A stretch of 63,815 nt of DNA, the filler included, from Ionaspis alba (lineage: Eukaryota): assembly GCA_964255285.1 (NCBI GenBank). It is 17 parts of 17 records of this genome, joined end to end, with 100 filler letters (N's around TTAATTAATTAA, not from the genome) between each part and the next. Parts side by side here need not be neighbours in the genome. Positions count along the whole stretch, not along the records: positions 60,260 to 63,815 come from CAXUUL010001189.1; 16 more parts are not named here. The stretch is one strand, 5' to 3'. This document shows positions 61,467 through 63,815 of the stretch, one piece after another. The notes beneath the pieces were generated by a model. It had not been told where the DNA came from, did not search any database, and worked only from the letters and a program-made list of their open reading frames with translations. Both the position numbers and the translations under genes were made by a program. Position 1 is the stretch's first letter. Every line of letters begins with the position of its first letter.

Positions 61467-63815
61467 ATGAGACTCCCATCCTCCCTCGCGAGATGCCTCG
61501 CCCTAGCTTCCCTCCTCTCAACCCTCCCCTCTACCACCTTAGCCGGCGACGTCCTCTCCTCCTCCGGCTTCACCAACTGCCTCGACGACGCCACCATCAA
61601 AGTCAACCGCGCAGACGTCAAATTCGACCGAGCATCGGGGCAAGTCACATTCGACGTTTCAGGCACCAGCGCAAAAGAACAAAAGGTGCAGGCGTCGTTG
61701 ATAGTGATGGCATACGGGAAGCAGGTGTACGAGAAGGATTTCGATCCGTGTGATCCGCTTGCTAAGGTCGAGCAGTTGTGTCCTGGTGAGTGTTGTTGAT
61801 GACCTAATGAAGGGGAAGCAGATGGAGGTGCTGATGAGATTGATTGCGGCAGTTCCGGCTGGTACTTTTGCTGCGCATGGCTCGAAAGATATACCCTCCG
61901 AATTCGCGAGTCAGATCCCGGGGATCGCTTTCTCGGTGCCGGATTTGGATGGGCAGGCGACGCTTAAGTTGAAGTCGGCGGATGGGGGGAAGGATCTGGC
62001 TTGTATACAATCTGGAGTAACGAATGGGAAATCGTTGGAACTTCCGGCGGTTTCCTATATCGCTGTTGGCATTGCCGGTGCTGCTCTTCTCCTGAGCGGA
62101 TTGGCCTCTCTGGGCAGTGCCGGTTCTGTCGGTGGGCATGCTCCTACTCCCAGCTTTGGCACCGTCTTGGGATGGTTTCAATCGATGGCTCTAAATGGCA
62201 TGATGAGTGTCAATTATCCCCCCATCTACAGGAGTTTTACGAAGAATTTTGCATTTTCCGGAGGTCTGATTCCATGGACTCAGATGCAGACCAGTATCGA
62301 TGGGTTCAGGAATTCGACTGGTGGGAATCTGACGACCGATAGTGTGCAGTTTCTTCAAAACGCTACTTTGGTTTATACGGATGGATCGTCGAATACGACT
62401 TCGATGATGAGAAGGAGTCTTGACTTTTGGGGTCAGAATATGGGATTAGAGATTAGAGATGTTTCTGTCGATGCCAATGGGACTGCTGGTGGAAACAGTA
62501 CTGGATCTGGTTCGGATAGCAAAGTTACGCACTTTGTTCATGGTATTCAGGGATATGTGGAGCAACTAACCATTCCTCAGGCAAATACGTTTATGTAGGT
62601 TGAAAAGGCATTCGTTTAGCATCGAAGCAACAGAAGCTAAATCCCAACAGGACAGTCCTCATCATCTTCGCCATCGTCGTCGCCGCCATCGTCGTCGGAA
62701 TTCTTCTCCTCAAAGTCATTCTCGAAGCCTGGGCACTCTTCGGTTCCTTCCCCAAGAAACTGACCAGCTTCCGCAAACGCTACTGGCGGCTCCTCGCCAA
62801 CACCATCACCAACCTAATCCTCCTCCTCTACGGCGTCTGGACCATCTACTGCGTGTACCAGTTCACCAACGGCGATTCTTGGGCCGCCAAAGTCCTCGCC
62901 GGCGTAACCTTCGCCATATTCACCGCCGTCCTCGCCTTCTTCACAATCCGCATCTGGACCATCGCGCGGCAATTCAAGAAAGTGGAAGGTGACGCCTCTG
63001 CCCTGTTCGAGCATAAGGAGACCTGGATCAAATACAGTCTTTTCTACGACACCTACAAGAAGGGGCACTGGTGGCTCTTCATGCCCGTCATCGTCTACAT
63101 GTTCGCCCGCGGCTGCGTCATCGCTGGTGGAAACGGCCACGGCTTGACGCAAACAGCCGGGCAGTTGATCATCGAATCCCTCATGTTCATCCTGCTGCTG
63201 TGGTGGAGGCCATATGCGACGACAGCCGGGAACTGGATCAACATCGTCATCCAAGTCGTGCGCGTCCTCTCCGTCATCTGCATCCTCGTTTTCGTCGAAA
63301 CGCTCGGCATCTCCAAAACCACGAAGACGATCACCGGTGTCGTGCTCATCGCCGTGCAATCTGCCCTTACGGGCATCCTCGCGATCCTCATAGCCGTCAA
63401 CGCGATCATCGTCTGCTGTCGCGAGAACCCTCACCGCAAGCGAAGGAAGGAGGCTGGTGAGTACACCCTGCACACAGACATACCCCTCCTTATTTAAAAG
63501 TCTCCGAACTAATCCCTCCCTACTAGAAAAACTCAACCGCGAATTCGACAACCTCACTCCCCTCGACGCCCGCAATTCCCTCCTCATCGCCACGCCGTCT
63601 CCGAGTTATCCCCTTTCTTCGTACACCGGCCGCGGCGACTACAAGCCCGTGCCCACGCGACCGGGCCATTGGGAGAGGCAGGAGAGTTCGGAGTTGTTGG
63701 TTCCGTCTGCGGCGGACATGGGTGTAAGGGGTGGGCATGATAGGAGTACGAGTCGGGACATGAATGATTGGGAACCGCATGCGGTCTCGGAGGGTGTGGG
63801 GGAGGGGTATGGGAG
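61467..63815 (+). CDS. TRP-like channel / flavin carrier protein (FLC/Pkd2 family), multi-exon, 3'-truncated
   Basis: Signal peptide; ML-like TRP_N domain (FDVSGTS, AYGKQVY, FDPC...LCP, IPGIAFSVPDLDG, LACI); WFQSMALNGMMSVNYPPIYRSF; IPQANTFM|TVLIIF; many TM helices. Introns begin at 61786, 62595 and 63457. Confidence 0.93.

Overview
This is eukaryotic DNA from a filamentous ascomycete (Pezizomycotina). A lichen-forming Lecanoromycete is my guess and is unverified. The window is not contiguous: it holds 17 unrelated contigs of about 3.56-3.75 kb, ordered by decreasing length and joined by artificial 100-bp linkers (44 N + TTAATTAATTAA + 44 N). No synteny or multi-gene system can be inferred across the linkers. 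Genes carry typical short fungal GT-AG introns. They include OCH1, CDC27/bimA, a DUF1996 secreted protein, an FHA-forkhead transcription factor, a pepsin-like pseudo-protease, EPS1, TDP1, ACB1, an HD-domain protein, a type-B carboxylesterase, an SCI1-like protein, a hotdog thioesterase, GAL10, a PMP3-family protein, SMI1/KNR4, a MARVEL-like membrane protein, TRM11, a HIT protein, a SAM methyltransferase, LSM6 (3' end), RPL30, a coiled-coil protein and an FLC/TRP-like channel. Five observations stand out. (1) An intronless vanadium chloroperoxidase has all active-site residues intact but one nonsense codon. (2) Three further accessory genes are decayed: a GT8/GNT1-like transferase, a Mug135-like gene with RIP-like C>T changes, and a Cys-rich secreted protein. 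(3) An AT-rich MITE-like foldback element sits upstream of the HIT gene. (4) A long RPL30 intron contains a candidate H/ACA snoRNA. (5) A sharp C-rich to G-rich compositional switch recurs inside many genes regardless of gene orientation. Exon boundaries and family calls come from manual reading and motif recall, not from database searches.
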